Source: Candidatus Bathyarchaeota archaeon (GTDB taxonomy: Archaea; Thermoproteota; Bathyarchaeia; 40CM-2-53-6; RBG-13-38-9). From it: DNA of 64,000 bases. A model generated the notes under the pieces. The model did not search any database. It worked only from the letters and a program-made list of their open reading frames with translations, and was not told the DNA's origin. Location of the stretch: the NCBI GenBank assembly GCA_018396915.1, contig JAGTRD010000003.1, positions 173 through 64,172 on the forward strand, read 5' to 3'. Shown here piece by piece: positions 9,673-19,602 of the stretch (within the stretch, counting starts at the first letter, position 1; each line of letters opens with the position of its first letter). The position numbers and the translations under genes were made by a program.

Positions 9673-10989
9673 TTATGGTTGTGCTGGTGTTTTCAAGGTT
9701 GGTGGGGGCGGTATGATTCCCTCCTTCATCAACAGATGTAATGTTTTGCGGTATCTTGATATTCTCAGTTGCGCCATCTCCATTAGATCCTCATATGTAT
9801 GCTTGACCCTTGCCACACCAGATTCGATGGCTGCTCTTCCAACGGCGGCTGCAACTCTGGGGTATAGGTCCGTATCCATCATCGTCGGTAGTATATGTTT
9901 CTCGCTGAGTCCTTGCTCCTCAGCATATCTTCCTATCTCATAGGCTGCAGCCAGCATGATTGATGTGTTTACTCCTCTGGCTCTGACATCTAGTAGGCCT
10001 CGGAACACGGCTGGGAAACATATTGAATTGTTTATCTGGTTTGGATAATCTGCCCTGCCTGTCGCCACTATCTTGGCGCCTGCCTCCAATGCTTCTTCAG
10101 GTGGAATCTCAGGTGTCGGGTTGGCTAGCGCGAATATTATTGGTTTATCAGCCATTGTTGAGATCATGTCGCGGGTCAAGACTCCAGGGCCTGGCTTTGA
10201 GAGAGCTATGGCTACATCTGCTCCTTTCAAGGCGTCTCTCAAGCTGCCCTTCATCATTCTTCTATTTGTCTTCGCAGCCATCTCAACCTTATACTTATCC
10301 ATGTCAGGCCTATCTTGATAGAGTATGCCTTTACTGTCTACTATGATCATGTCTTCAGCATTCGCCCCCGCTTCTATCAGGAGTTTGGCTGAGGCCAGGG
10401 CAGCTGTTCCGGCGCCAACCATCACTATATGTAGTTCCTTAAGCTTCTTTCCAGCAAGTTTCAGAGCATTCTTTAAGGCTGCTAGGACGACTATCGCTGT
10501 TCCATGCTGGTCGTCATGGAATACTGGGATGTCAAGTTCCTTCGATAGTCTATCATATATGTCGAAGCATTTTGGTGCATCTATATCTTCGAGGTTGACT
10601 CCTCCGAAAGACTGTGAGATCCATTTCACAGCTTGAACTATCTCGTCTGGGTCTTGGGTTGAGATGAATATTGGGAAGGCGTCGACGTCGCCTAAATATT
10701 TGAAGAGGAGGGCTTTCGCCTCTATCACAGGCATTCCCGCTCTCCCGATGTTTCCTAAGCCTAGAACCCTTGAGCCGTCGGTGATTACGGCTACAAAATT
10801 TCCTACGTTAGTATATTCGTATATCTTCTCTTTATCCTCATCTATCTCTATGCATGGTTGGGCAACCCCTGGGGCGTAGAGTATTGCTAGGTCCTCATAG
10901 GAGGTTATCGGGGTCTTTATGGTGACTCCTATTTTTCCCTTGTAGAATCTGTGCCACTCGACTGCCATTTTACCATATGGTTCAATCAT
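9673..10989 (-). CDS. NAD(P)-dependent malic enzyme (short prokaryotic type)
   Basis: 438 aa. Motifs: VFHDDQHGTAIVVLAAL and the Rossmann motif IVMVGAGTAALASAKLL. Confidence 0.9.
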   Translation of the reverse strand: MIEPYGKMAVEWHRFYKGKIGVTIKTPITSYEDLAILYAPGVAQPCIEIDEDKEKIYEYTNVGNFVAVITDGSRVLGLGNIGRAGMPVIEAKALLFKYLGDVDAFPIFISTQDPDEIVQAVKWISQSFGGVNLEDIDAPKCFDIYDRLSKELDIPVFHDDQHGTAIVVLAALKNALKLAGKKLKELHIVMVGAGTAALASAKLLIEAGANAEDMIIVDSKGILYQDRPDMDKYKVEMAAKTNRRMMKGSLRDALKGADVAIALSKPGPGVLTRDMISTMADKPIIFALANPTPEIPPEEALEAGAKIVATGRADYPNQINNSICFPAVFRGLLDVRARGVNTSIMLAAAYEIGRYAEEQGLSEKHILPTMMDTDLYPRVAAAVGRAAIESGVARVKHTYEDLMEMAQLRISRYRKTLHLLMKEGIIPPPPTLKTPAQP

Positions 10990-11215
10990 TATAGTCTACC
11001 CTAACTTTTTGGTTACTATGAACCATATGTAAAACAATATTGTCCTCCTATTAACTATTTGGCTTATTCATCGAATACCCCCCAAAAAGGCAGAACGTAG
11101 AAACATAAAATTCTCTGGAAAACCTGCCTGCCATGCAACGGTCCGATCTAAAACAGTATGCGTCTCGGTAAACTTATCTTGAACTGGCAACAATCACAGA
11201 GCAAACGGTAAGAGG

Positions 11216-12370
11216 ATGATTATGGAAAAAGTTGGAATAGTATCCTTCGGCCATACAAAATACGGAACCCTCAAAGATGATACCTCAAGTCTTATAGGTA
11301 GTGTGGTTGAGGAGTGCCTGAACAGAGTCGAGAAGGGAATCGAGCCGAAGGAAATAGGTCTCGTAATAACCAGTTGCGCCGACGACCAATTCTCAAATCA
11401 ACACCAGACAGGAGCCCTGGCGTTGAGATACTTGAAGAATCTGGACGCAGAAGCCTTCAGGGTTGAAGCGGCCTGCTCAAGCGGGAGCCTTGCAGTATAT
11501 TTGGCTAGAAAGATGTTGAACGCAGGCTACTTCGACAACATTTTGGTAGTAGGATTTGAGAAGATGAGTAGACTCTCAACAGAGGTCGCTACCTCAGTCT
11601 TGATAAGGGGAGGGTCACCTGAGGAGAATAGGATTGGGGTAACCCAGCCTGCCGCCTACGCCATGATGGCCCAGCTATATATGGAAAAGTATGGTGCGAC
11701 TGAGGACGACTACGCAAAAGTCTCAGTCAAAAACCATAATAATGCATTGAGAAATCCATGGGCCCAATTCCATAAGAAGATCAGTGTTGAAGACGTTAAG
11801 AGTTCGAGGTTGATAGCCTCACCGATAAGGCTCTTCCACTGCAGCCCAATAAGTGACGGCGCCGCCGCCCTACTCTTAAGCAGAAGGCCTAGAGACTACA
11901 CGGATACACCTGTATATATTAAGGGTATGGCGTTGGCCAACGATACTCTAGGAGTCTTCGAGCGGGATGACCCAACATCTGTGGCGGCGACTAGGAAGGC
12001 GGCAGCCAAAGCCTTCAAGGAAGCCAATATGGAAGTCAAAGACATAGACTTCGCTGAGGTCCACGACGCATTCACCCCAGTAGAACTTATGATCTATGAG
12101 GACTTGGGATTCGCAAGGAAGGGTGAAGGTTACAGGCTGATAAGGGACGGGACCGTCGAGTTTGACGGTGCATTGCCTGTCAATGTGAGTGGAGGATTGA
12201 AAGGGAAAGGCCATCCGATAGGGGCTACTGGTGTTGGGATGATGGTTGAGATCTTCCTGCAACTTCGGGGTGAGGCTGACCAGAGGCAACTTCCAGATGT
12301 TGAGATTGGTCTGGCTGAGAATCATGGAGGGACGGGGGCAACATCCGTAGTGACCATTCTGGGGAGATGA
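11216..12370 (+). CDS. archaeal thiolase-like protein (acetyl-CoA C-acetyltransferase family)
   Basis: 384 aa. Nucleophile Cys context VEAACSSGS; C-terminal NVSGGLKGKGHPIGATG and ENHGGTGA. Confidence 0.9.
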   Translation: MIMEKVGIVSFGHTKYGTLKDDTSSLIGSVVEECLNRVEKGIEPKEIGLVITSCADDQFSNQHQTGALALRYLKNLDAEAFRVEAACSSGSLAVYLARKMLNAGYFDNILVVGFEKMSRLSTEVATSVLIRGGSPEENRIGVTQPAAYAMMAQLYMEKYGATEDDYAKVSVKNHNNALRNPWAQFHKKISVEDVKSSRLIASPIRLFHCSPISDGAAALLLSRRPRDYTDTPVYIKGMALANDTLGVFERDDPTSVAATRKAAAKAFKEANMEVKDIDFAEVHDAFTPVELMIYEDLGFARKGEGYRLIRDGTVEFDGALPVNVSGGLKGKGHPIGATGVGMMVEIFLQLRGEADQRQLPDVEIGLAENHGGTGATSVVTILGR

Positions 12371-12373
12371 TGA

Positions 12374-13327
12374 ATGGCTAAGCTACTTGCATACTCTCTA
12401 GTATCGATCGTCCCCCCACCATTCAAGACTGAGTATATCGTTGGGATCGCTGAGGATGACGGTGTTAGGACGCCTGTCAGAATCGATCGTTTACATCTTA
12501 AGAACTTGAAGATCGGGATGTCAGGGACGGTAACAACAAGAGAGACCGATCAAGGTGAGATCAAATACTTCACCCCCGAAGGGGTTAAGGTAGAGAGTGG
12601 GAAGGTTGCCTTGGTGACAGGGGCTGCTAGAGGGATAGGTAGGGCTATAGCAATTGAACTTGCTGGGAGAGGCTACGACATAGTTTTGAATGATGTTGAA
12701 ACCTCAACTGATGGTGATGGGGCTATCAAGGAGATACAGTCTCTGGGTAGGAGGGCCTTATTCGCAGTTGGCGACGTATCAAGTTACAGCGATGTTCAGA
12801 AGATGGTCGACATGATTGTTAAGAAGTTTGGGAGGATAGATGTGCTGGTGAATAATGCTGGAATAAACATAGACAGGTTGGTGACCAACATGTCACCCCA
12901 GGAATGGCAGAAGGTTATAGATGTGAATCTGACAGGTGTCTTCAACTGTACGAAAGCAGTTCTCCCACATATGATCTCGGCTGGAGGTGGCAGGATCATC
13001 AACATAAGCTCCCAAGGAGCCTTAGATGGGCCTGTAGGTCAAGCCAACTACGCAGCTGCGAAGGGTGGCGTCATATCCTTCACAAAGGTCATTGCCAGAG
13101 AATACGCTCAGTACAACATACTCTGTAATGCAGTCGCACCTGGATGCATCCGAACAAGAATGACTGACTCAATTCCTCCAGGCCAACTACGTGAGAGGGT
13201 ATCTAAGATACCTCTCGGCAGGAGAGGTGAGCCTGGTGAGGTTGCAAAACTAGTTGCATTCTTGGCAGAGGATGGAACATACATAACCGGGCAACTGATC
13301 CTGATAAATGCGGGGGAATACATCTAG
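12374..13327 (+). CDS. fusion protein: DUF35-type OB-fold (no zinc ribbon) + 3-oxoacyl reductase-like SDR
   Basis: 317 aa. Residues 1-70 (LLAYSLVSIVPPPFKTEYIVGIAEDDGVRTPVRIDRLHLKNLKIGMSGTV) look like the OB half of DUF35. The rest is an SDR (VTGAARGIGRAIA, NNAG, YAAAKGG). It starts 3 nt after the thiolase stop. Confidence 0.85.
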   Translation: MAKLLAYSLVSIVPPPFKTEYIVGIAEDDGVRTPVRIDRLHLKNLKIGMSGTVTTRETDQGEIKYFTPEGVKVESGKVALVTGAARGIGRAIAIELAGRGYDIVLNDVETSTDGDGAIKEIQSLGRRALFAVGDVSSYSDVQKMVDMIVKKFGRIDVLVNNAGINIDRLVTNMSPQEWQKVIDVNLTGVFNCTKAVLPHMISAGGGRIINISSQGALDGPVGQANYAAAKGGVISFTKVIAREYAQYNILCNAVAPGCIRTRMTDSIPPGQLRERVSKIPLGRRGEPGEVAKLVAFLAEDGTYITGQLILINAGEYI

Positions 13328-13599
13328 AGGTCAATCATGAATTTCATGGAACCGCTCATCCTTAAGCCGCATAATAACAACAACATAATATCCAGAGAAC
13401 AGCGAAACCAGGCAATCCAGAGGGCCTTAAAATTATGCGCAGGTAAACCTTCCTGAACCTTACCTTCAAAATACGCCCTCGAACATCATCTTAACAGAAA
13501 TTCGACATAACCGTAATCGTCAATATGTTGATTTCGCATAAAGTGTTGGAGGTCCTGCTCCTGCAAGCCTCCACCAACATCCAAGACCATCTAAAAGAT

Positions 13600-14133
13600 T
13601 CATCTTGAGGTGTGGCATAGCACCCCACCTATCAGAACCATGATTCCTGGAAGCCAATTCATAGTAACCATCATTATTATACCGGCTACGATGGCTACTG
13701 TGCCGCCTGTCTTCAAGCCTCCACGCCTGACTTTACTGTATGAGTATATTGCGACAACTCCCAGAACGAGTGAGATTAAGGCTCCAACCATCATGAATCC
13801 AATGATCCATCCTCCAATTGCAGTGGGCATCATCCATCTATCCCACATCATATGGCTCCCCATCAACCTTGAGAAGCCTCCTATCCACAGTTGCATCAGG
13901 AGCAGAGGTATGATGGCGAAGACTATTGCCAATATTCCGCCAGCCAGTATCAATACACCTCCTACACCCGAATAGTCGTGGCCCTCAGATTTTGGGAAGC
14001 ATCCAACCTTCAAGCCGCATCTAGGACATTGCAGAGCTCCATCAGGAATCTCAGCCCCGCACTTCATACAGTAGACCAATCTAAGGCACCTGAACAAAGT
14101 AAGATAACGAGAGGCACTATTATTTCTTTCCAT
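13600..14133 (-). CDS. zinc-ribbon membrane protein
   Basis: 177 aa. N-terminal CMKCGAEIPDGALQCPRCG followed by four hydrophobic helices. Confidence 0.6.
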   Translation of the reverse strand: MERNNSASRYLTLFRCLRLVYCMKCGAEIPDGALQCPRCGLKVGCFPKSEGHDYSGVGGVLILAGGILAIVFAIIPLLLMQLWIGGFSRLMGSHMMWDRWMMPTAIGGWIIGFMMVGALISLVLGVVAIYSYSKVRRGGLKTGGTVAIVAGIIMMVTMNWLPGIMVLIGGVLCHTSR

Positions 14134-14324
14134 TATTTCCCTAAATTATGAGATTAATCTAGATCAATTTTGCAGATTTACGTCATTATTTTTCATATCG
14201 GAAACATTTTTCAAGCCGATGCTGCTATATTTCTAGACTGCCTCAACTCAGGGGGTCTCTATTCGGCTTCACATGTGGGGAGAGGTAAAGCTTTATGAAA
14301 TGTTTGCGTATAAAGTAGTTTAGG

Positions 14325-14612
14325 GTGTGGGGAATGGTTACTGTTGAGCCTATAATAGATTCATTGGCAGCTGCATGTTTTCTCTTTGGAGCTATATTCT
14401 ACTTGATGGTGGCTTATGGTGAGAGGCGGGGTGGAATGGCTTGGAGACTATTTGGGTTTACAGGCGCAGTCTGGTTTACTGTAATGTATTTGAAGTTGAT
14501 CAGTAACATGGCAGGTTGGCCTTGGGCTTATGGTACGGTCAGGGCTACGATCTCTTTGAGTCTCATCATCTATCTGCTGGGCCTGGTGGCTCTTGCAAAG
14601 ATGCTAAGGTAG
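14325..14612 (+). CDS. hypothetical small membrane protein
   Basis: 95-aa ORF with three hydrophobic segments. No family recognised. Confidence 0.35.
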   Translation: MWGMVTVEPIIDSLAAACFLFGAIFYLMVAYGERRGGMAWRLFGFTGAVWFTVMYLKLISNMAGWPWAYGTVRATISLSLIIYLLGLVALAKMLR

Positions 14613-14621
14613 ACGCCTATC

Positions 14622-15563
14622 CTATCTCTGCTCTAGGTATCTTTGAAAGTCCTTTATCATCTCGTCCAGATCATATGTTGTTCTCCAATCCCACTCATTC
14701 CTTGCTGGGCTGTCGTCTATGTAGCTGAAGCCTTTCCCCATCATCTTCACAACTTCAGGATCAGGTTTGAATGTTATCTTTGCTGAAGGAATATGTTTCC
14801 TAACTGTCTCAGCGAACTCTCCGGCTGTGAGGGTTATTCCTGCTAAGGTGTAGACCCTAGTCTTTATTCTCTGGCTTGGAGCGTCATGTAACATTAGGAG
14901 GGCTTTCGCCGCATCCTTGTAATATATGCATGGAACCATTGTATCCTCCTCAACCCATACTTCGAAAGGCTTATTCTGGATTGAGTATTCGATCATCCAA
15001 GCCAGGTACTGGGTCATATGCTTGGTCTTTGCTCCTGGGCCTATGACTGTGGGATATCTGACTGCCCTAAAGTCGAGGTTGAACTTCTTATGATAGAATC
15101 TTCCGAGTAGCTCACAGAAGAGTTTGGTGACTCCATACATGTTCTCAGGCCTCTGAACCGTGGTCTCATCTATCCTCAGAGGGGTCTCAGCCTCTCTAGC
15201 ATATGTTGCTATGGTGCTGGTGAAAATAATCCTATCAACATCGAAGAGTCTAGCGGCCTCCAATACATGCATCGTTCCATTGGCGTTGACCCTGTACGCA
15301 GCCCAAGGGTTTGCGTCTGAAGGGAGGCTGAGCATCCCCCCAAGATGATATATGCTCTTAACTTTGAATTCTTTGACTGTGTTGAAGACTTCAGACCAAT
15401 TCGCCAAATCACCCCTAACAATCTTCACCTTACCGGTAATAGGCTTGACAGATGTCATGTCTGGAGCCACATCAAATAGGACAGGTTCATCTCCCCTCTC
15501 GACAAGCATCCTTGCAAGTTCGGAGCCTATCAGGCCTGTCCCACCGGTTATCAGGATCGACAT
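14622..15563 (-). CDS. NAD-dependent epimerase/dehydratase family protein (extended SDR)
   Basis: 313 aa. N-terminal ILITGGTGLIGSELA; length and layout match an extended SDR. Confidence 0.85.
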   Translation of the reverse strand: MSILITGGTGLIGSELARMLVERGDEPVLFDVAPDMTSVKPITGKVKIVRGDLANWSEVFNTVKEFKVKSIYHLGGMLSLPSDANPWAAYRVNANGTMHVLEAARLFDVDRIIFTSTIATYAREAETPLRIDETTVQRPENMYGVTKLFCELLGRFYHKKFNLDFRAVRYPTVIGPGAKTKHMTQYLAWMIEYSIQNKPFEVWVEEDTMVPCIYYKDAAKALLMLHDAPSQRIKTRVYTLAGITLTAGEFAETVRKHIPSAKITFKPDPEVVKMMGKGFSYIDDSPARNEWDWRTTYDLDEMIKDFQRYLEQR

Positions 15564-15610
15564 GCAACCAGCCCTCTCATTCTTTTATGAAAAAACTGTT
15601 GAGTGAAGGT

Positions 15611-16267
15611 TTACTTGAGACTATTTAAGAAATCATCTTTGGTCATGACTCTGCCTATCTTCGGAAATATGTATCTCTCAGGGTATGTCTGTTCCTCATC
15701 GGTATCGGTGGCTGTGCAGTCCTTGATCACTATCACCCTGTAACCTTTATCATAGGCAGACCTGGCTGTCGATTCGACGCACCAGTTCGTGTGGAACCCA
15801 GCTATCGCAACCCACTCTATCATATTCGCCCTCAAAATATAGTCTAGGGCTGTTGAATGGAAGGCGTCTAGGGTCTTCTTACCCTCTATCACTATGTCAC
15901 CAGGCTGAGGCTTCAACTCATCTATTATCTCAGGTCCTGGGGTGCCTTTAACCCAGGCTCCTCTTCCACCCCAAGCAGGCATCTCCATCTCTATACCCCT
16001 CAAACCCTCAACGGCAGGTCCTCCGGGCTTCAACTCTGGAAAGCCAGGCTCGAACCGGTGGAATGGAACGTAGATTATCTTAACCCTACCCCTTGCCCTG
16101 TTGACTAGGTCTACCAAATTTTCTATAACATTCCTCTTCTTCAACTGGTCCTTGATAAACTCGTACATGGCTCCTCCAGGCTTGAGGAAGTCATTCTGAG
16201 GTTCGATGAGAACTAGGGCGGTCTTATCGGCTGGGATATTTAAAGCCAACAAACTCACCCGAAACAT
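15611..16267 (-). CDS. isochorismatase-family cysteine hydrolase
   Basis: 218 aa. Catalytic Cys context IAGFHTNWCVESTARSA. Confidence 0.85.
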   Translation of the reverse strand: MFRVSLLALNIPADKTALVLIEPQNDFLKPGGAMYEFIKDQLKKRNVIENLVDLVNRARGRVKIIYVPFHRFEPGFPELKPGGPAVEGLRGIEMEMPAWGGRGAWVKGTPGPEIIDELKPQPGDIVIEGKKTLDAFHSTALDYILRANMIEWVAIAGFHTNWCVESTARSAYDKGYRVIVIKDCTATDTDEEQTYPERYIFPKIGRVMTKDDFLNSLK

Positions 16268-16396
16268 ATTTTGACGAAGCAGTCTTTAAGATTTATCGTT
16301 CATCAGACATATACTGATATGTCAAGAGGATTTGAAGATCGGAAATTATTTAGGTCTCGAGATCCCGTGTTATATCTTTGTCTGGTTGGTGGTCGA

Positions 16397-16843
16397 ATGC
16401 CTAAGGGAATGATTCTTGAACATGTAAGTATGATTGTGAGAAACCGTGATGAATCTGTTGACTTCTACACCAAAGTGATGGGATTCAAGGTCCTCAGAAA
16501 ATATGAGACGGAGACGATGAGGGTTGCATATCTTTACCTTGATGATCAATTGTTGGAGTTGAATGAGATGTGCCCCAAGGACCAGCCGGCAGGACTTGTT
16601 CCTTTAGGATTATCACATCTAGGATTTAGGGTCGACGACATGGATGAGGCCATATCTGAATTCAAGAAATACGGCGTCGAGGTTACAGGTGAACCTATAA
16701 AGTTTGAGCCTAAGATCTACGCTGTGGCAGAGGTTTCTGGAGAGAAGTTGTTGAGGGCCCTCAGACCTACAAAGAAGCCATACTGGAAGATAGCGACACT
16801 AAAAGACCCTAATGGAGTGACTATCGAGCTGCTTGAACGTTAA
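16397..16843 (+). CDS. VOC/glyoxalase-family protein (methylmalonyl-CoA epimerase / glyoxalase I-like)
   Basis: The domain begins at LEHVSMIVRNRDESVDFYTKVMGF; the second half has LSHLGFRVDDMDEAI. I prefer ATG 16397 over the TTG 16271 given in the track. Confidence 0.8.
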   Translation: MPKGMILEHVSMIVRNRDESVDFYTKVMGFKVLRKYETETMRVAYLYLDDQLLELNEMCPKDQPAGLVPLGLSHLGFRVDDMDEAISEFKKYGVEVTGEPIKFEPKIYAVAEVSGEKLLRALRPTKKPYWKIATLKDPNGVTIELLER

Positions 16844-16914
16844 GGCAACCAGCACTATCGTAAAAAGTAATTTAACATGAAAGATTACGGCATAGACAGT
16901 TATGTGGGTTTAGG

Positions 16915-17853
16915 ATGGGTCTTGGAACTGTTGCATGTGTAGGGGCTGGGTTGATAGGGCACAGTTGGGCCACGCTCTTCTCGTGGAAGGGATACAAGGT
17001 TAAACTATACGATTTGGATGGGAAAATCCTAGACTCAGCTGTTAAGAGAATAAAAAGTAATCTTGAATTCATGGCTGAGAGGGGGCTCATAAAACCTGAA
17101 TTATGTAGAGAATCCTTGGGGAGAATCAAGGTTGCTCGAGATCTTGAGGAGGCTATAGATGGGGCTGAGTATATACAAGAGTCTGTCTATGAAAGTTATA
17201 ATGTTAAGAAGAAAGTTTTTAAGGAGATGGATAAGGCTGCGCCTGCCGATGCGATTCTAGCCAGCAGCACCTCAACCTTGAGGATGACTATCATACAGAA
17301 GGCGACTGAGAGGCCTGGCAGGTGTATTGTCGCTCATCCGTGGAATCCACCCCACCTCATGCCCCTAGTAGAGATCATACCTGGAAGACAGACTGAACCT
17401 GAAACAGTCGAGGCTACAAGAACCTTGATGTCCAAGCTGGGTAAGGTTACTGTCGTCCAGAGGAGGGAGGTTCCTGGAACTATAGGGAACCGTTTAGCTG
17501 CCGCTTTATGGAGGGAGGCGATAGACCTGGTGTACAGGGGTGTCGCTGACCTCGAGGATGTTGATAGGGCTGTATCGGCAGGTCCAGGTTTGAGGTGGGC
17601 TATATTGGGGCCGCATCTAAGCTACCATCTCGGAGGTGGGAGTGGTGGGATAGAGTATTACCTTAAACATTTGGGTCCAGCAATGGCCTCCAGATGGAGG
17701 ACATTGGCCAAGTGGACGGAGATCCCTCCGAAAGCTGAGAGGAAGATAATTCAGGGCATAAAGGGTATGAAGCTGCTGCGGGAGAGGGGGGTTGAGGAGG
17801 TTGCTAGGTGGAGGGATGAGAAGCTGATAGAACTCCTGAAGATCCTGTATTGA
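16915..17853 (+). CDS. 3-hydroxyacyl-CoA dehydrogenase family protein (lambda-crystallin/L-gulonate 3-DH-like)
   Basis: 312 aa. Rossmann motif VACVGAGLIGHSWA plus the C-terminal helical domain of the family. Confidence 0.85.
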   Translation: MGLGTVACVGAGLIGHSWATLFSWKGYKVKLYDLDGKILDSAVKRIKSNLEFMAERGLIKPELCRESLGRIKVARDLEEAIDGAEYIQESVYESYNVKKKVFKEMDKAAPADAILASSTSTLRMTIIQKATERPGRCIVAHPWNPPHLMPLVEIIPGRQTEPETVEATRTLMSKLGKVTVVQRREVPGTIGNRLAAALWREAIDLVYRGVADLEDVDRAVSAGPGLRWAILGPHLSYHLGGGSGGIEYYLKHLGPAMASRWRTLAKWTEIPPKAERKIIQGIKGMKLLRERGVEEVARWRDEKLIELLKILY

Positions 17854-17894
17854 ACTATTAACGGGTTTCTCTGAATTTTCAACATGTAGAATAG

Positions 17895-18995
17895 TCAGTT
17901 GCCTATGCATGTCCTCTCCTCAAGTATTTTGAGAACCTCATCTAGTTCAACCTTAAGTTTCTCTGGGGTCTCTGCGGGAGGTTCATTGATTCTTTCTGGA
18001 GCATCCTCCCCTGTGAGGTTCTTGTAATATTCACGCCAATCTGGTGGTGTTGAATCTTCGATGGGCGACTCAGTCAAGATGCTGAGTACTGTCGTCCAGC
18101 ATCTCGCCACATTCCCAAGGTTGTAGCCTCCTCCACCGAATACGAGGATTCTTCCACCACAATATTGGTGGGCCAGTCTATGGATACTTGTGGCTATGTA
18201 GCTATATGTTCTGGCTGTTATGGATAGGTGGGCTAGAGGGTCGCCGGTATGTGAGTCGGCTCCAGACTGTAAAAGAATTATCTCCGGTCTGTAATGTTCA
18301 ATTGCAGGTGGAACAACCCTCTCAAAGGCATGGATGTACAGTTGGTCACCGGTTCCAGGTGGGAGTGAAATATTTATTTTGAGTCCTTCACCCTCACCGT
18401 CTCCGGTCTCATGGGGAAACCCTGAGCCTGGATAGAGGTACCGTCCATTCTCATGGAAGTCTATGTTCAAGACTGATGGGTCTGAATAGAAACTGTACAT
18501 GACACCGTCCCCATGGTGGGCGTCTACGTCTATGTAGGCGATTCTGGTGCAGCCGTATCTCATCTTCAACATGCATATGCATAGGGCTGGATCGTTGAAT
18601 ATGCAGAATCCGGCGGCCCTATCGGGGTATGCATGGTGGAGGCCCCCGCTCAAGTTGAATGCGTGATGGACACACCCCTCCATTATCGCCTCAGCAGCAA
18701 ATAGGGAGCTGCCTGCGATCCAGCTCGTTGCTTCATAACATCCCTTGAAGGCAGGGGTGTCACCTGAATCTAGAAGGCCGTATCCGAGTCTACTGTACTC
18801 ACTAACCTTCTCAACATATTTCCTCGAGTGGAACAGCAGCAACTCATCTGATGTAGCCATTCTCGGATGCAAAACCTCGAATCTCGACTTCAAACCGTAA
18901 GAGTCCATCATGGCCCAAGATATCTTTAAACGCTCAGGCCTGAGCGGATGTGTGGGTCCAAGATCATATGTTAAAAGTTGTGTGCCAATAACCAT
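17895..18995 (-). CDS. histone deacetylase-family protein (AcuC/class I HDAC-like)
   Basis: Motifs GGLHHAYPDRAAGFCIFND and IDVDAHHGDGV. The track ORF starts at TTG 19073; ATG 18995 (MVIGTQLLTYDLG) is more likely. Confidence 0.88.
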   Translation of the reverse strand: MVIGTQLLTYDLGPTHPLRPERLKISWAMMDSYGLKSRFEVLHPRMATSDELLLFHSRKYVEKVSEYSRLGYGLLDSGDTPAFKGCYEATSWIAGSSLFAAEAIMEGCVHHAFNLSGGLHHAYPDRAAGFCIFNDPALCICMLKMRYGCTRIAYIDVDAHHGDGVMYSFYSDPSVLNIDFHENGRYLYPGSGFPHETGDGEGEGLKINISLPPGTGDQLYIHAFERVVPPAIEHYRPEIILLQSGADSHTGDPLAHLSITARTYSYIATSIHRLAHQYCGGRILVFGGGGYNLGNVARCWTTVLSILTESPIEDSTPPDWREYYKNLTGEDAPERINEPPAETPEKLKVELDEVLKILEERTCIGN

Positions 18996-19151
18996 TGCTG
19001 TGCTGCCGCTCAAATCAGTAACACCTCCAACATTCAGAGGCCATAGATTACCGATTTTAGGGTGAATATGCAAAATCGCCGAGCCAACGTTCAGCTCAAT
19101 TGATACTGGTTGGGCTGCTTCCGAGAGTCTATTCTCGAATCTATATGATGG

Positions 19152-19583
19152 TTACTCGACAGGAATCTTGTGGCCCCTAACTATCTTAGGCAACTCAACA
19201 GATAGAACTCCATTCTTGAATCTGGCTTTAGCCTCCTCTGGATTAACCTTGGCGGGTAACTCAACGATCTTATAGAATGATTTGAACTCGCAGTGCCTCG
19301 GGATTATACCCCAACGTTCAAACCTTATGGTCCTCTCAAGCGGAGCCTCAAGTTTCAAATAGTCCTCCTCAATGGTTAGATGTATATTCTCCTTCCGAAC
19401 GAGGGGTAGATCCATCGTTACAACTATCTTATCCAATGTCTCAGTCACCTCTGTAAGAGGTTCAAGCCTCCCAGTCGAGGAATCCCACATCGGCCTCCCA
19501 TAGAAGATCTCCTCGAAAGCCTCCTCTATCTCCCTCTCAATCTCATCGAAATAGTCGAAGAGCCACCTACCCTTCCTCACCAT
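19152..19583 (-). CDS. Hsp20/alpha-crystallin small heat-shock protein
   Basis: 143 aa. Alpha-crystallin domain ending AKARFKNGVLSVELPK. Confidence 0.9.
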   Translation of the reverse strand: MVRKGRWLFDYFDEIEREIEEAFEEIFYGRPMWDSSTGRLEPLTEVTETLDKIVVTMDLPLVRKENIHLTIEEDYLKLEAPLERTIRFERWGIIPRHCEFKSFYKIVELPAKVNPEEAKARFKNGVLSVELPKIVRGHKIPVE

Positions 19584-19602
19584 AACCTCTCAACACCCCC
19601 CC

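Noticed and set aside
16271-16396. 42-codon N-terminal extension of the glyoxalase-family ORF (TTG start)
   Set aside because: It would start 3 nt from the divergent isochorismatase gene start, leaving no promoter. The VOC domain begins right after ATG 16397.
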